Assembly: GCA_963575745.1 (NCBI GenBank)
Contig: CAUYUJ010000182.1
Location: 1-64,000, forward strand
Direction of reading: 5' to 3'
Length of the DNA stretch: 64,000 nt
Source: Prorocentrum cordatum
Lineage: Eukaryota
The notes beneath the pieces were generated by a model, which saw only the letters and a program-made list of their open reading frames with translations, did no database searches and was not told where the DNA came from. Made by a program: the position numbers and the translations under genes. Positions 1-11,899 of the stretch are shown here, in pieces. Each line of letters opens with the position of its first letter. Positions within the stretch are counted from its first letter, which is position 1.

Positions 1-65
1 CGCAACTACCAACGAACCGCCAGCACACAAGGGCAGCAACGGCCACACCACAGGGATCCGTCCCT

Positions 66-716
66 TTGCCAATCACCGAATGGAGGAGTCCAGCGGCGGT
101 GAAGAAGCTGGGGCGGGAGCCCGCTTGGGCGGGCGCAGCGTTGCTGCGCCTGGGGGCGCGCCGCGCGTCCGCAGCTGCGGAACCGAAATCAGTGGCATTG
201 CGAGATGTCGCCACGGCCAAGCGGAGAGGCAACCGCCGCACGCGACGAACTGAGCATCGAGTTGCGGCCGCGTGCCCCGAAGGCATCCAAGGCGCTGTCC
301 GCCAGCGCGCGCCCGTGCAGGCATGTGCGAAAGGGGCGCCAGACGCGGCCCCGCCCGCGACCTTCTACTTGCACCCCGAGTTCAAGACCCCGGCGGACAA
401 GACGCCCGCCCAGCTGGCGGACCACGATGCGCGGTTGAGAACGCGGAGGTGGGATGCGCGAAACACAGCGCGCGTCTTCTGGCACGTCAACAGAGTCACG
501 CAACATGAGCTCCTACAGAGAAGCGAAAGGGATGGAAGCGCTGTTGCGCGCGTCCACATGGAGCTCCATGAGATAGAGTTGGAGGCGCGCGTGCCGGGGA
601 CAAGCGGGGTCGCGCTCGCCGTGGGGCCCCCTGCGCCGGCGAACGCGGTGCCCGCCATGAAAGGAGGGGGCCGCCGCGGGAGGCGAAGCCCAAGCCGCGC
701 CGAAGAAGAAAACTAA
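66..716 (+). CDS. Hypothetical protein, probably the 3' part of a gene starting upstream of the window
   Basis: The central segment (TFYLHPEFKTP...RVFWHVNRVTQHELL...HMELHEIELE) has protein-like composition. No family recognised. Confidence 0.3.
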   Translation: MPITEWRSPAAVKKLGREPAWAGAALLRLGARRASAAAEPKSVALRDVATAKRRGNRRTRRTEHRVAAACPEGIQGAVRQRAPVQACAKGAPDAAPPATFYLHPEFKTPADKTPAQLADHDARLRTRRWDARNTARVFWHVNRVTQHELLQRSERDGSAVARVHMELHEIELEARVPGTSGVALAVGPPAPANAVPAMKGGGRRGRRSPSRAEEEN

Positions 717-1637
717 TAAGAAGAAGGCCGAGGAGACGCGGGGGGCGGACGCGGCCAAGGAAGCCGAGGAGAAGTCTTCGGGCCAGCCGCCGCAGAGGAA
801 GAAACAAAAAACAAGGGAAAGGATTCGACGAAAGCGGAAATATGTCGCTCTAAATAAGAAGCCTCAGTGACGGCAGCGAGGGCGGCTTGCTCGCAGCGGC
901 CGCAGTTGCGGGCGGCGGCTGGGCGGCTGGCCGCAGCGGCGGCGGTGGGCGCGGCTTGCTCGCAGCCGCCGCAATGGCTGCGCCCGTCATTCGCTGTCGC
1001 CGCAGTTGCGGTTTGCGGGCTATCGCGCGCTGAGTTTGACATCGAATTGCAGATTTCATGGCGAACTGCCCCCTCGCTCCGCGCCCTGCTGCTGCCGCCC
1101 CGGGAGCTTCCTCGCCCCTAGCCGATTCCCGCCCCGCGCGCGCGGGGCCACCCCTGCAAACCGCCCTGCCCCGAGGCCGCCGGCGGGCCGCAGTTGCGGG
1201 CGAGGAGAGTGCCGGCGACGACGCGGATGGCCCCACGTCGGGCCTGGCGGGCGCCAAGAAGCAGGGCGCGACCCAGCCCGGCGCCGAGATGCAGACGACG
1301 GGGGCGCGCGCGTCGACGGCTGTCTCGCCCGGGGGGGGGCCCGAGGGAGGGCGGCGCCCATTGCGCGCGCCGCGAAGAAATTCATGAAGAAGAAGTGGCA
1401 GTCCCAGATGATGCGATGCCGAAAATTTTCGTTAGCGAGAACATACGCGATGCAATTTCGGTCGTGCCGGAAAGAGCCGGTATTTTCGGTCGCAGACGCA
1501 CGTTCGCCTCACATAGGAATCGGTCGCGAGATTTCGCTGCGCCAGGCGGGTGAATCTCACGCGCGCGCACGCGCGTTTCCTATGCAAATTTCGGTCGCCA
1601 AATTTCGGTCGCGACCGAAACGCAACACGCACGCCGC

Positions 1638-1740
1638 GACAAACGCTTGACAAACGTTTGTCAAACGTTTGTTTCCCACAATCTTAGACATGAGGTGATC
1701 ATGACGCTATCCACGGACAAACGTTTGTCAAACGTTTGTC
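1638..1740. repeat. CAAACGTTTG palindrome cluster 1
   Basis: Tandem GACAAACGTTTGTCAAACGTTTG copies, preceded (~1455-1615) by several TCGGTCG(C/T) motifs. Confidence 0.9.
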
Positions 1741-1764
1741 GGGCGGGTTGTGCCATCCGCGCCA

Positions 1765-2740
1765 CCGCCATCATCACGATCACCAGCATCATCGTTCACA
1801 GGATCCTCGTCATCATCATCATCAGCATCATCATCATCTCATCATCATCATCAGAATGTTCAAGGTAACCAGCATTAATACCATCATCATCACCATCATC
1901 ATCATCGTCTCCGTCGTCGCCGTCGTCGTTGTCGACACCGTCATCATCATACCACTCATCATCACCATCACCGTCATGACCACAACCATCATAATCATTA
2001 ACATCATCATCATCGGCATTATCAACACCATCCTCGTCAACATCAGTATCATCATCACCAACGTCATCATTGACATAATCGTATTCATCACCGTCACCTT
2101 CATCACTCCAGCATCATCCTCCGTGTTACCATCACCAGTTTCATCAATATCATTTGCATCGTTATCATCATTCGCATTCTTCATCGTAGTCGGCATCGAT
2201 GCCATCATCAACGTCGTCGCCATCCCCTACCGTCGTCGTCAGAATCGCGCTAACCATCATGAGCACCTTGGGGGAAATTCCTCGTCGCCCTCCTACGTCT
2301 CGTCTGCCTCGTTGCTCATCCCCTCTTTCTCCTCATTCTCCCCATCCTCTCCCAGACACTGTCGTGAATGGGTACCTCCCGAGGAGTTTGTCTAGCAGAT
2401 GGTCTGACTTGCCCGCGCTCGGCAAAACCTGGTTGTTCCAGCGTTGAGCTTGCCCCCCTCCTATGTGTCCTCTCTCCCCCTCCGATGCTGAAGGCGATTA
2501 TCGGGATGGCGACTACGGGGGTGGTGATGCCGATGCCAACTATGATGATTATATTGATGATGGTGACGATGATGATGGTGATGATGAGGTTGACGGTGCC
2601 GATGATTAGCATGATGCTGGTGATCATGTTGATGCTGCTGGTTTGGATGGTGATGGTGGCGGGGTTGATGATGGTGGTTGATTATGCTGCTGATGATGAT
2701 GCTGATGAAGATGACGGTGATGATGATGATGCTGATGGTA
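1765..2740. repeat. Degenerate (CAT)n tract (~1765-2230) and (GAT)n tract (~2520-2740)
   Basis: Trinucleotide low complexity giving poly-I/H/M/D pseudo-ORFs. Confidence 0.85.
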
Positions 2741-2770
2741 AGGCAACGGCGAGCATGGCGAGAACTCGCC

Positions 2771-3030
2771 AAACAAACGTTTGACAAACGTTTGGCAAAC
2801 GTTTGGCACGCGTTTGACAAACGTGTGACAAACGTCGTTGCAAACGTCTGACAAACGGTTGGCACACGTTGTTGCAAACGTTTGACAAACGTTTGGCAAC
2901 CGTTGGGCACACGTTTTTGCAAACGCTTGACAAACGTTTGGCAACTTGTTAACAAACGATTGTCGAACGCTTTGTCTGTATATCGTGTTGGTATAGTTGA
3001 GTTCCCCAGATTGCGAAACAAACGTTTGAC
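2771..3030. repeat. CAAACGTTTG palindrome cluster 2 (~11-bp period)
   Basis: More than a dozen exact or near copies of (GA/GG/TG)CAAACGTTTG. Confidence 0.9.
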
Positions 3031-3579
3031 GTATAACAACGGGCGAAGGCGATGATTGCGCTGACATGTTTTCCACTCGCATCTGACAGTGCAGGGGCGA
3101 ACAGCGCGCCTGAATGCGACATCCCGTCGCAACTCGTGGAACCTGTCGGCGAAGAGGGAACAAGGCACGCGATGTAGAACGATGCCGATGCTGATAATAT
3201 TGGTGATGACGGGGATGGGGAAAAGGAGGGCGAAGGGCGGGCGAACTCCATCGCCGACAAAGGCGAATGGCACGTTTCTTGCAACCTAGTGCGCAGGGCG
3301 CGCAATCTCGAAATCCGCCTTCCCCTCATGCTAGGAGGGCCAGGATCTCGTGGGCTGTTGACTGGCATAGCCTCCTTCGTATTCTTCTCTCTTCATCCTC
3401 CGCACCCGCGCTCCCCGTGCCCCCCTACTGTTCGCATGCCCCACCATCTAGTCTCAAGCAAAGCGCGCGCCCGTCCCCCTCATCACCGCTCTCATGCTAT
3501 AGCTCTTCCTCCTCCGTTTCCATGCTGACCCCGTTTCGTCCCAAACCACGGTCGTAGCCAACGCCCCCGTGCGAAACTC

Positions 3580-3764
3580 ACCGCCCACCAAGACCACCCA
3601 ACCCCCACCCCGAAGGTCACAGTTCGCCACCCAGTTTGGGGAGGGGGGTGGGCGTCGGGGCACATTGAAAACAACCGCACGTGGACCCTGCACCCCCCCC
3701 CCCCCCCCCCCCTCCAACCATATATTTGGGTATTCGGGTTAGGTTGGGGTTGCCTGGTAGGTCG
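3580..3764. mobile_element. Degenerate MITE, homologous to 52139-52301
   Basis: Left end ACC..CCACCAAGACCACCCAACCCC..CCCGAAG and right end TTCGGGTTAGGTTGGGGTTGCCTGGTAGGT are imperfect inverted repeats. The internal ACATTGAAAACA..CACGTGGACCC matches the 52.1-kb copy. Confidence 0.6.
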
Positions 3765-4049
3765 CCGGGAACTGCCGCGATGTCCTTGCGGGCCACCGCC
3801 CCGTCTTTGTTGTTGATGATAAAGCGGGAAGGAAGGGGAAGGGTGGTGGTTTATGGAACGAAGCCGATCGCGGACAGACAGGGGGGTAGGTAGTGGAATG
3901 GGGAGTGGGCACGACGCCAGACAGTCGAACGGCGCCCTGAAAGCCCCCCCCCCCCCCCCCACCCCCCACACACACACGCACACGCGCACCCGCGCGCGCA
4001 CGCGCGCGCGCCGCAACGGGCCGCGAGGGGGCCGCAAGGCGCGAGCGGA

Positions 4050-6855
4050 CAGTCGGCGGAGCCAGCGGCGCACCTTCCCATGCGCCACGGTTCGCAAAGT
4101 TTTCGCGACAGGCCTAGTATCGGGGGCCCCATCATCGTTGTAGAAGCGATCTTTGCAATATGGCGCATCGAATCCTCGCGCATGTAGCGCCAGAACCAGC
4201 GCGGGTTCATGTGCGATGCGCCCTCAGCGATGCACCACCACATGTGGTGTTTGTTCACAATGCTCCATTTCTTCTTGTTCTCTGTTTTAACTGCGTAGGA
4301 GGAATGAACATGATACCAAATCAATGCTGACTCAACTGATGCGTTTAGACGATCTGCTGTTTCCTTGCTCATGTACATTCCAGAAGAACCCATGTAGTCG
4401 TAGTATTTGCACAAATTCTCTACCATCAATGAGCGCATCGCCTTGCGATCGCTGGCATCCTCATATTCGAGGCAGAGCTTGTACAGAACGGGCGCGAGCC
4501 ATCTTTGTTCTGCAGCTTTAACGGATTTTTTCATCACGGGGTAGTCTGCGTGCGGGCTTTTGGTGTCGGCGATGCAGAAATTCAGCCCGAAGTGCGCGAT
4601 CCTGTGTGGAATCTTGAGTTCATCGTACAATTCGACAATTCGCCGCCATATTATCTCACAGGCTTTCGTGGCGGGCGGTGGGAGCTGCTCATTTATGATA
4701 TCCTTCAATACGTTACCTAACATATGGCTCGTGATCCCGAGATCTACACAATGCATACTGTCTAAACGGATGGAGTCGACCGTGACTCAAAAAAAACTGA
4801 AAAGACGGGATGCGTGAACGGAAAGGGCTCGCGACGTCGGAAGCGCATCCAATGCCTGGGGTAGCTGTCCTGTCGATGATCCCCAAAACGCGCGTTGGCA
4901 CCAGCGTGTTTTTGCCTTATGCAGCCCTCCAACACGACGCAGGCGATGTAATGTTTTTTTTTTTTGTGGAGCTGAGTGGTGTAAACACACATTGGGCTAA
5001 CGCATGTCCTGAGGAGCATCGATCCTGGCTAGGGCGTTGCCGCGCGGCCCAGAGGGCATGCATGCGCAGGGGGGCGGACAGGGCAGGGACGAGCACAAGG
5101 AGAGGGCGAGAATAGCATGGACATCGATGCTCCGCAGGGGACGGTGGGGGGAGTCAGAGGGTGGAAGGGCGGGGGAGTGGTAGGTGGTCTGTTCCAGAAC
5201 AGACGGTGGGCGGGGCGGGCGGAATAGGCGGGGCAGGAGCGCGACAACAATGCGGGAAACGAAGGTATGGGGAGCGGGGGGGAACAGGATTAGGGGGAGG
5301 AGTGTGGATATGAAGCGAGGCAAGAGAAAAGAAGGGGAGGAGTGGAATGGGGGGGGCAGAAGCAGGGGGAGTGGCAGTATGAACAGGCTCAGTGGGGCAT
5401 CCCTGCGCGGGGTCAGGGCTAGGGGGTTAGGGGGGGGAGTGGGCTTAGATATAGACGTTGCTCACTGGGCGCGCGCGGTAATGCCTCGAACGTCTTACAC
5501 GCGCATTTCCTCGACGAAATTGTTCCGCGGCAGCGTCGTGCGGTTGGCTTCGCAGGGGAAGCACATCTCATGCTCATTCGGGTGAGGGCTGCCGAGATGC
5601 TGGCTGGAAAACTCCATGTCGCCTGGCGGCGTTGGTCGCAGTCCGGAACGCACACGCACTCGCTGCCCCTAGGTTTTAATTTGCTTTCCCAAAAAGAGGC
5701 CAGGTTGGAAATCAGAGCTGCACTGGTAAATCGGAGCGCTTCGAACTGCGACCACAGCCTAAAATCGCGCACAGGAACGCGCGATATGGGAGGTCTCGGC
5801 TGCACAAATACTGACCAGCCTGATCCCGATGGCGAGAGCCCTCTGGGAACGGTCGGCCGAGCCAGTCCGCTGCAGCCACTGTTCGCTGCCCCATGCTCTG
5901 ATATGATGTTCCCGCATGTGGTCCCCCACATTGCATCCCCCTCGCCCCCGCTTGAATCGCCGCTCTTTCCAGTGCCCCGCAATCCCCCCTCCATTGGGAC
6001 TTTCGTCAAACAATCTCAATAACCCGTCGAGCATGCGGACTGGCGGAGCCCCTGCATCTCTGGTCGGGTATTTCCCGCTCGCCAAAGAATTCAGAGACCA
6101 TGCTATGACGCGCCATATTTCGAGCCATGTGTCGAAACCATCATGCTGCTGCTTCAAGGTAGTTGAGTAGGGCCAGCCCGCGATGAGGAAACTTAGTGCC
6201 CGAGTGGACCCTAGAGCCAACAAGCTTGTGAACGAGGCAGTCATGAGGGAATCGTTGTTCTGCATTTCTGCACCACCTCCGTGTATCCGAAGCGGGATGC
6301 AACACCGAGAGTAGTTTGGAACCCGCCAAACGGGGCGATTCTTCATCCTAGGGTCGTCCCTTGAAGCGCCACCCCAAAACCCTTGCATTGAATCAAGGCC
6401 CATCATCTCCCTAAACTCGTCAGGATGCGATCGAAACAGAGCAGAGAACATCTCGTGCGGAAGTAAAATGCAGCACGGTGATTCAATTATCTGTAATGTT
6501 TTCGGGTGGCGACAATGAACGTCAAACTCTTCAGGTTATGGAAGCGGGTTCCCGCGTAGGTATTTCTTAGTTAATTGTTGATGCACGTTTGAAGGACACC
6601 TCCCCCAGGATCCCATTGATGCTAGCTCCCTCGCCTCGCTGTAAGATGTCAGGCCGTCCTTATGCGCCGCGAGGGCATATCTCTGAACTTCTGCGCCGTA
6701 GAGTTTGCCCCACGACCATTCCCTCAACGGCATAGAAGCGAACGCTGAAAATTCAGGGCGGCCCCGCCCATCGACATCCTCGCGGGCGCTAGTTTCAGAC
6801 TCCTCGGAGTCAGGGGGCGGATCGGGATCGAGGCGTCTCTTCGTGCACCGCCGCA
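4050..6855 (-). pseudogene. Decayed CACTA/EnSpm/Plavaka-like DDE transposase (fragmented, frameshifted)
   Basis: Collinear minus-strand pieces: 6536-6855 (EWSWGKL..ELASMGSWG..NVH), 5995-6451 (IPLRIHGGG; WSLNSLASGKYP), ~5500-5590 (CFPCEAN), ~4760-4830 (HPVF, frameshift in poly-T) and 4756-4050 (RLDSMHCVDLG...KHHM...NPRWFWRYMRED). These match the order of the PL.L..DG / CxxC / D.MH...G / K.H...W.Y..E motifs of CMC-type transposases. Confidence 0.7.
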
Positions 6856-7464
6856 TGGCAGCGCGCGAACTCGAGCCCAAACGGGCTCGGAAACGCACTA
6901 GGCTGTGCGATTGGCGGCCACTGTGGCGGCGTCCAACAACGCCCGTCGAGAGCGCCCTTCCCCAGACCATCACCCTTACTCCCCTTCCTATATCCAGCCC
7001 TCCCAAAAATCAATTACCTTCCTCCGTTCCCCCCGCCCCTCCACGCGGCGCGCCCCTCCACGCATTGAATTGCTCCCGCGGGCAGCGCCATTCCAATCTG
7101 AATCTTGGTCGCGTTCACCCCCCGCGCCCCTTCCAGACGCAGCGACAACTCCTTGTCCTCTTACGAACCCGCGTTTGCACCGCTAGCCGAGCGAGCGATC
7201 AGCGAACGCATGTCTGTCTGCCAGGGGGGAGGAGGAGAGGGGGAGGAGGAGGGGGAGGAAGAGGAGGGGGAGGAGGAGGAGATGGAGGAGGAGACGGAGG
7301 AGGAGGAGGAGGATGAGGAGGAGGATCGAGAATCTCGAGGAGGAGTAGGAGGCCGAGAAAGACGGGAAGAACTGGCGGGCTGGCCGCACTGGCTGGGCAG
7401 TGAAAGAATTGGCTGGCTGGCTGCACTGGCTGGCTGGCTGCGTGCCAGCGGGAGTGGCCGGAAC

Positions 7465-8103
7465 TCACTTGGACTCAACATCGGCACGCTCGATGACTTC
7501 AAACACCTCAATCTGATCATCAGTGTCGGAGGTGGCGCTGTAGTCGGTCCAGCCGAATGGCGCCCACGTAGCGGGATCATTGACGTCGAACGCGTTCCAG
7601 ACCGTCGGCGGGATCCACTTAGATTCGTCATTTGGCTTCCAGCCGTACTGAACCCACGTGGCCTCGTCATTTGTACCCCACGGCAGCTGGCCACCGTGAT
7701 CGATGCTCTGCTTCGTGAGCTGCTTGTCGCACTGCTGGGTGAGCTGCGCAATCTTGTTGAGCGAATCGCACTTTGTTGCGGTATTCTCCTTCGTGCTGTC
7801 CATCTTCGCGTTGGAGTTGTCGAGCAGGAGGCCCTTGATCTTCTGCAGCTCCATTGTGGCCAGGTCGATCCTCGAGTCGTGATACTGGGGGGTCAGCAAG
7901 TTGGCCGTTCGCTGCTCCTCTGGGCTGCCAGGGCTGAGCGTCGCGTGCTTGGTGTGAGCGATGGCCTTGGTGACTTCCATCTTCTGGGCGCGCATCGCCT
8001 TGACCAGCTCCGCGATCTTGATGGCCTGCGTTTCCATTTCGTCGGCGAAGCTGTTGGTCGTGATCAGTGCGATCTCGCCGCAGCTGATCGGTGATGTTGC
8101 CAT
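7465..8103 (-). CDS. Intronless hypothetical protein, 212 aa (helical N-terminus, Trp-rich ND..(T/K)W repeats near the C-terminus)
   Basis: ATG-to-stop ORF with normal amino-acid composition and high GC3, flanked by GGA tracts. Confidence 0.6.
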   Translation of the reverse strand: MATSPISCGEIALITTNSFADEMETQAIKIAELVKAMRAQKMEVTKAIAHTKHATLSPGSPEEQRTANLLTPQYHDSRIDLATMELQKIKGLLLDNSNAKMDSTKENTATKCDSLNKIAQLTQQCDKQLTKQSIDHGGQLPWGTNDEATWVQYGWKPNDESKWIPPTVWNAFDVNDPATWAPFGWTDYSATSDTDDQIEVFEVIERADVESK

Positions 8104-9019
8104 GGCTGGTACACTGCACTGGTGTCGGTAACCTCCTGAGGGGTAGGTCGTGACTGCTGGCGCAGTTGAACCTAGGGAAATGGCTACGTGCGAAGACGAG
8201 TGCCTATGTGCCTGCGTCGTTGCTTTAGCCGTCGTTTTCTCAGTAGCATCGCGCCCCGCGGTCCTGACCGTTGTTTCCAGGAAGGGGGAGGAGGAGGAGG
8301 AGGAGGCGGAGGAGGAGGAGGAGGAGGAGGAGGAGGAGGGGGGGGGGAGGAGGAGGACAATATGGGGAGATGTGGGGCTACCTGGAAGGATTCCCTGAAC
8401 GGATTACGTGGAAAGAGTACTTGGTTACTTGTGAGCCCTCTCTACATTATTGCGCCCTCGCATTAAACCTAACTGCCACTGCGATGCCACAGTGCCAGAA
8501 GACCCCGAAGCCAACGCCCCGAGTGGCCCACAAGGGCGCCGCACGGTCCCAGGACTCAGGAGGCGACAAGCTGTTTAGGGGTGTTTCCCCCAAGCTGGCC
8601 ACCCTGACAATCAAATGTGCCAGAGGCGCCACTCAATGCACCGCGCGCCTCGCACCTGCGCGCCCAAAGTGTAGCCCCGTATCCCGCGTCATATCCCCCT
8701 TTAACGCACATGTGTGTTTGCGATAGTGGCCCTTTTCTTACTTAACTTAATTTACTTATTGTTCACTGTCTCGTTTACGCGTCTTTTGTGACGAATTATA
8801 TATTCGAACTGAGCACATGACCCAAATGTATTCTGGAACCTGATATAATTTGGCCGTATCCTGGAACCAGATAAGTTGGTCCTATCCTGGGCCTGGAACT
8901 AGACTCCTGGCATCGCTATGTGCTTCCACGAGCTCTGCCGCAGCGACAGCCATTGAGCCTCACTGCACGCAGTGAGCACCAGTGAGCCTGGCATCGTTTT
9001 CAGTAGGGTACTGCGCGTG

Positions 9020-9140
9020 CTCATCGAACGCTTGCTGGAAACAATGAGCTTCGATGAACGATCATCTAACGCTCGCTGGAAACAGTGAGCTTCGATGACC
9101 GCTCATCGGACGCTCGCTGGAACCAGTGAGCCTCAATGGG
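9020..9140. repeat. ~41-bp tandem repeat x3
   Basis: TCATCGAACGCTTGCTGGAAACAATGAGCTTCGATGAACG(A) and two variants. Confidence 0.75.
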
Positions 9141-9559
9141 CTTCGCTGCTAATCAGTTCGCCAGGCTAACTTGAAATTGAAATGCTCGTGCATTTCACTG
9201 GCAAAGCGCGCGCGGATCTGCGCAACAAGCAGTAACATGACAGACAGACAGACACATAACCATGCATGCATACGCGCGTACACACATACAGATGTATGCA
9301 TGCATATAGGTGTACATATACCAGTATATGTAAACGCGTATGTAGGTGCATGTACTACACATACGTATACGCGTATGCAATATACATGTGCATGTGCACA
9401 GAGAAGCGTACACATCACCATACGTGTGTAACTATCTACACATATACATGCACGTGTGTTGCACGCAGTACCCAGTCATGATCACATCAATGTCGAGCAG
9501 AGCCCAGATCCTTATGACGCCCCTCGAGCGGCAGCGACTCACGGGTGCAGAAACCTGAT

Positions 9560-11832
9560 CTCCCTGCAACCATCTACGAAACGATCTTCAGCTGCTTCAC
9601 GGCGGCGAACGCATTGTACATGTTGTTGCAGGCCTTCTGCGCCCCCACCAGCGACGGGCTCTCCTCTGCCTTCAAGTCCCCGAGCACGTCGCGGTTCTTG
9701 CGAACGTCCGTGAGCACCTGGCATCGGCAAGGGCAGCCCCCCAGTTCGTGAGTTCCTACCCACAGGGGGTCGCGAGAATCCATGGGGCGATCCCTCTGCT
9801 CGAGCATTAGACGACATCGAATTGCGAATTGCAGGGCCGACGCACAAGGGTTTAGAGTTTAACGTTTAGGGCGTAGGGCTTAGATCGTAGGGTGTAGGTT
9901 GTTGGGTGTGTGACCAGTACTTGCCCTACGCTTGCTCCTCCTTCTATGCGTGCCCCTTCTGTTCATGTACTGTATGGGGTTGGGCGTGGGGGAGCACGGG
10001 GAGCGGTGGGAAGTGGGTAGAGGATGGGTATACGCACCCCACTTGCCCATGTCATATCAATATTTCTACTTGCACTCGTGGAGGGCGAGGCGGCTGCCGC
10101 GGAGTTTGAGAGGCGCTGTGGCCTGCTGGGGAGTGAGGGCGGTGGCTCGTACCACTGAACGATGCAAGGCGGGGTGGGTGGGGTGGGGGTGGGGGTGGGG
10201 TGGGCGGGGTGGGGTGCGGTGTGGTGCGTGTGGGTTGTTTTTTGGGATGTGGGGGGGGCGGGCGGGGAGGGGGGCGGGGGCAGTAGAGCAGGTACGAGAT
10301 GCACTGGCGTCCTTCTTGCCTTCACGAGTCTGTCCTTCTTGACCTTGTTCGCAGCCTACTTGATGTCCTGCTGGAGCTTCTCCACGAGGCCCTGGGCAAG
10401 GGGCGAAGGCGAAACGCACTGCGAGCGAGAGGGCGCGCCCACGTGAAAGCTCGAGTGAGGGGATCGACTACGTAATTGATGCGCACCGAAATTGGCGCGC
10501 CCTTCGAAACGACAAAAATTAAATCTGCTGGTCCTCACAACTGCGGGCATTCCACGCTTTTTTGTAGATCCGAAGGGCGCGTCATTGGGGTACACCAACT
10601 ATGTTGTTGACCCCCTGTGCGAAAGCTGGGTAACAATGAACAGGGGCACGCACGTGTCGCACGTGGGAATGCCGAAATGGCGAGACTGCGAGATGGGCGC
10701 CTGCTGCATTCGCGGCGGGAATTCCCGGGTGTAGGCGCGCGACGTCAGCCTTTTTTTTTTTTTTTTATTTTTTTTTTTTATTTTTTTATTCTTTTTTTTT
10801 TTTTTTTTTTTTCTTTTCTTTTTTTTTTTTTTATTTTTTTTTTTTTGTTTAGGACCGCACATCCACCCTCAGAACCATCCCCCGGACACGCGCATTCCCT
10901 GAACGACTGCCAGCCAGGATGCGACATGTTTGCAACTGCCATGGCGCCGTTGAGGCGAGGTACATGTTCGACATGGTGTCGACGGCGACCTGGTAGTTCA
11001 TCATCTGCGGCTTGCCCATCGCAAGCACGTCCTGCCAGTCGGAGATCTTGACCGACTTGGCCTCACTGGAAAGCGGTGGCAAACGGCTCCGTGGCCCGTC
11101 CAGAAGGCCCAACCCAGTGAAGGAGGGGGCGAACAAGTGGGGGGGGGAGGTGGAGGGGGTGCGTGGGGGGCGGGCGCGGAGGAAGCAGGACGAACACACG
11201 CGTTGGAGGGAGGGCGGTGGGCGATGGCGGCATGGGGGGTGGGGGGACGCGCGGGGCGACGGGGAGTCAGGACGAAGAGGGGGGCGCGCGGGTTCACGCG
11301 CGCTGGCGCGGGGGAGTTGAGAGTGCGAGGAGGTGGGGGCGAGGAAGCGGGTTGGGGCGAGTCGGAGAAGCAGGAGGAAATAATCGGAGGATGCGGAGGT
11401 GGAGAAAGATGATGACAACGACGGCGGGAAACAACCATCCGCGCCTTCGGCTTCGCTGCAACTCCGCGACCGCGACCGCGACCGCGGCCGCGATTTTGAC
11501 TGCCTGTCTCCTCGGGCTCATCATCATGCTCGTCGTTGCTCTCGTAGCCCATGTTCTGGAAATCGCCTCCAGATGTTTTATATGTCGTCATCGGTCCAAG
11601 CAGCAGCGTAGCCCCGGGCCCAATTTTCTCAGGTGGTGCAACATGGCGCACCATGGTTTCCAGGGGCCGATCGGTTTGCGAACGATGGGCGGGCAGTTCC
11701 CCCAGCCCAGCAGCAACGCAACGCAGCTACGCCTTCGTCAACGCTAAGCTCTGTCGCGGTCTTCTCAATACTCTCCCATCTTGCCCTCTCTCGCGTTCTC
11801 TCTCTCTCTCTCTCTCGCCCGACCACCTCCCC

Positions 11833-11899
<67 letters not shown>

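Noticed and set aside
9847..9900. Telomere-like TTTAGGG variants
   Set aside because: Only a few highly degenerate copies inside an intron.
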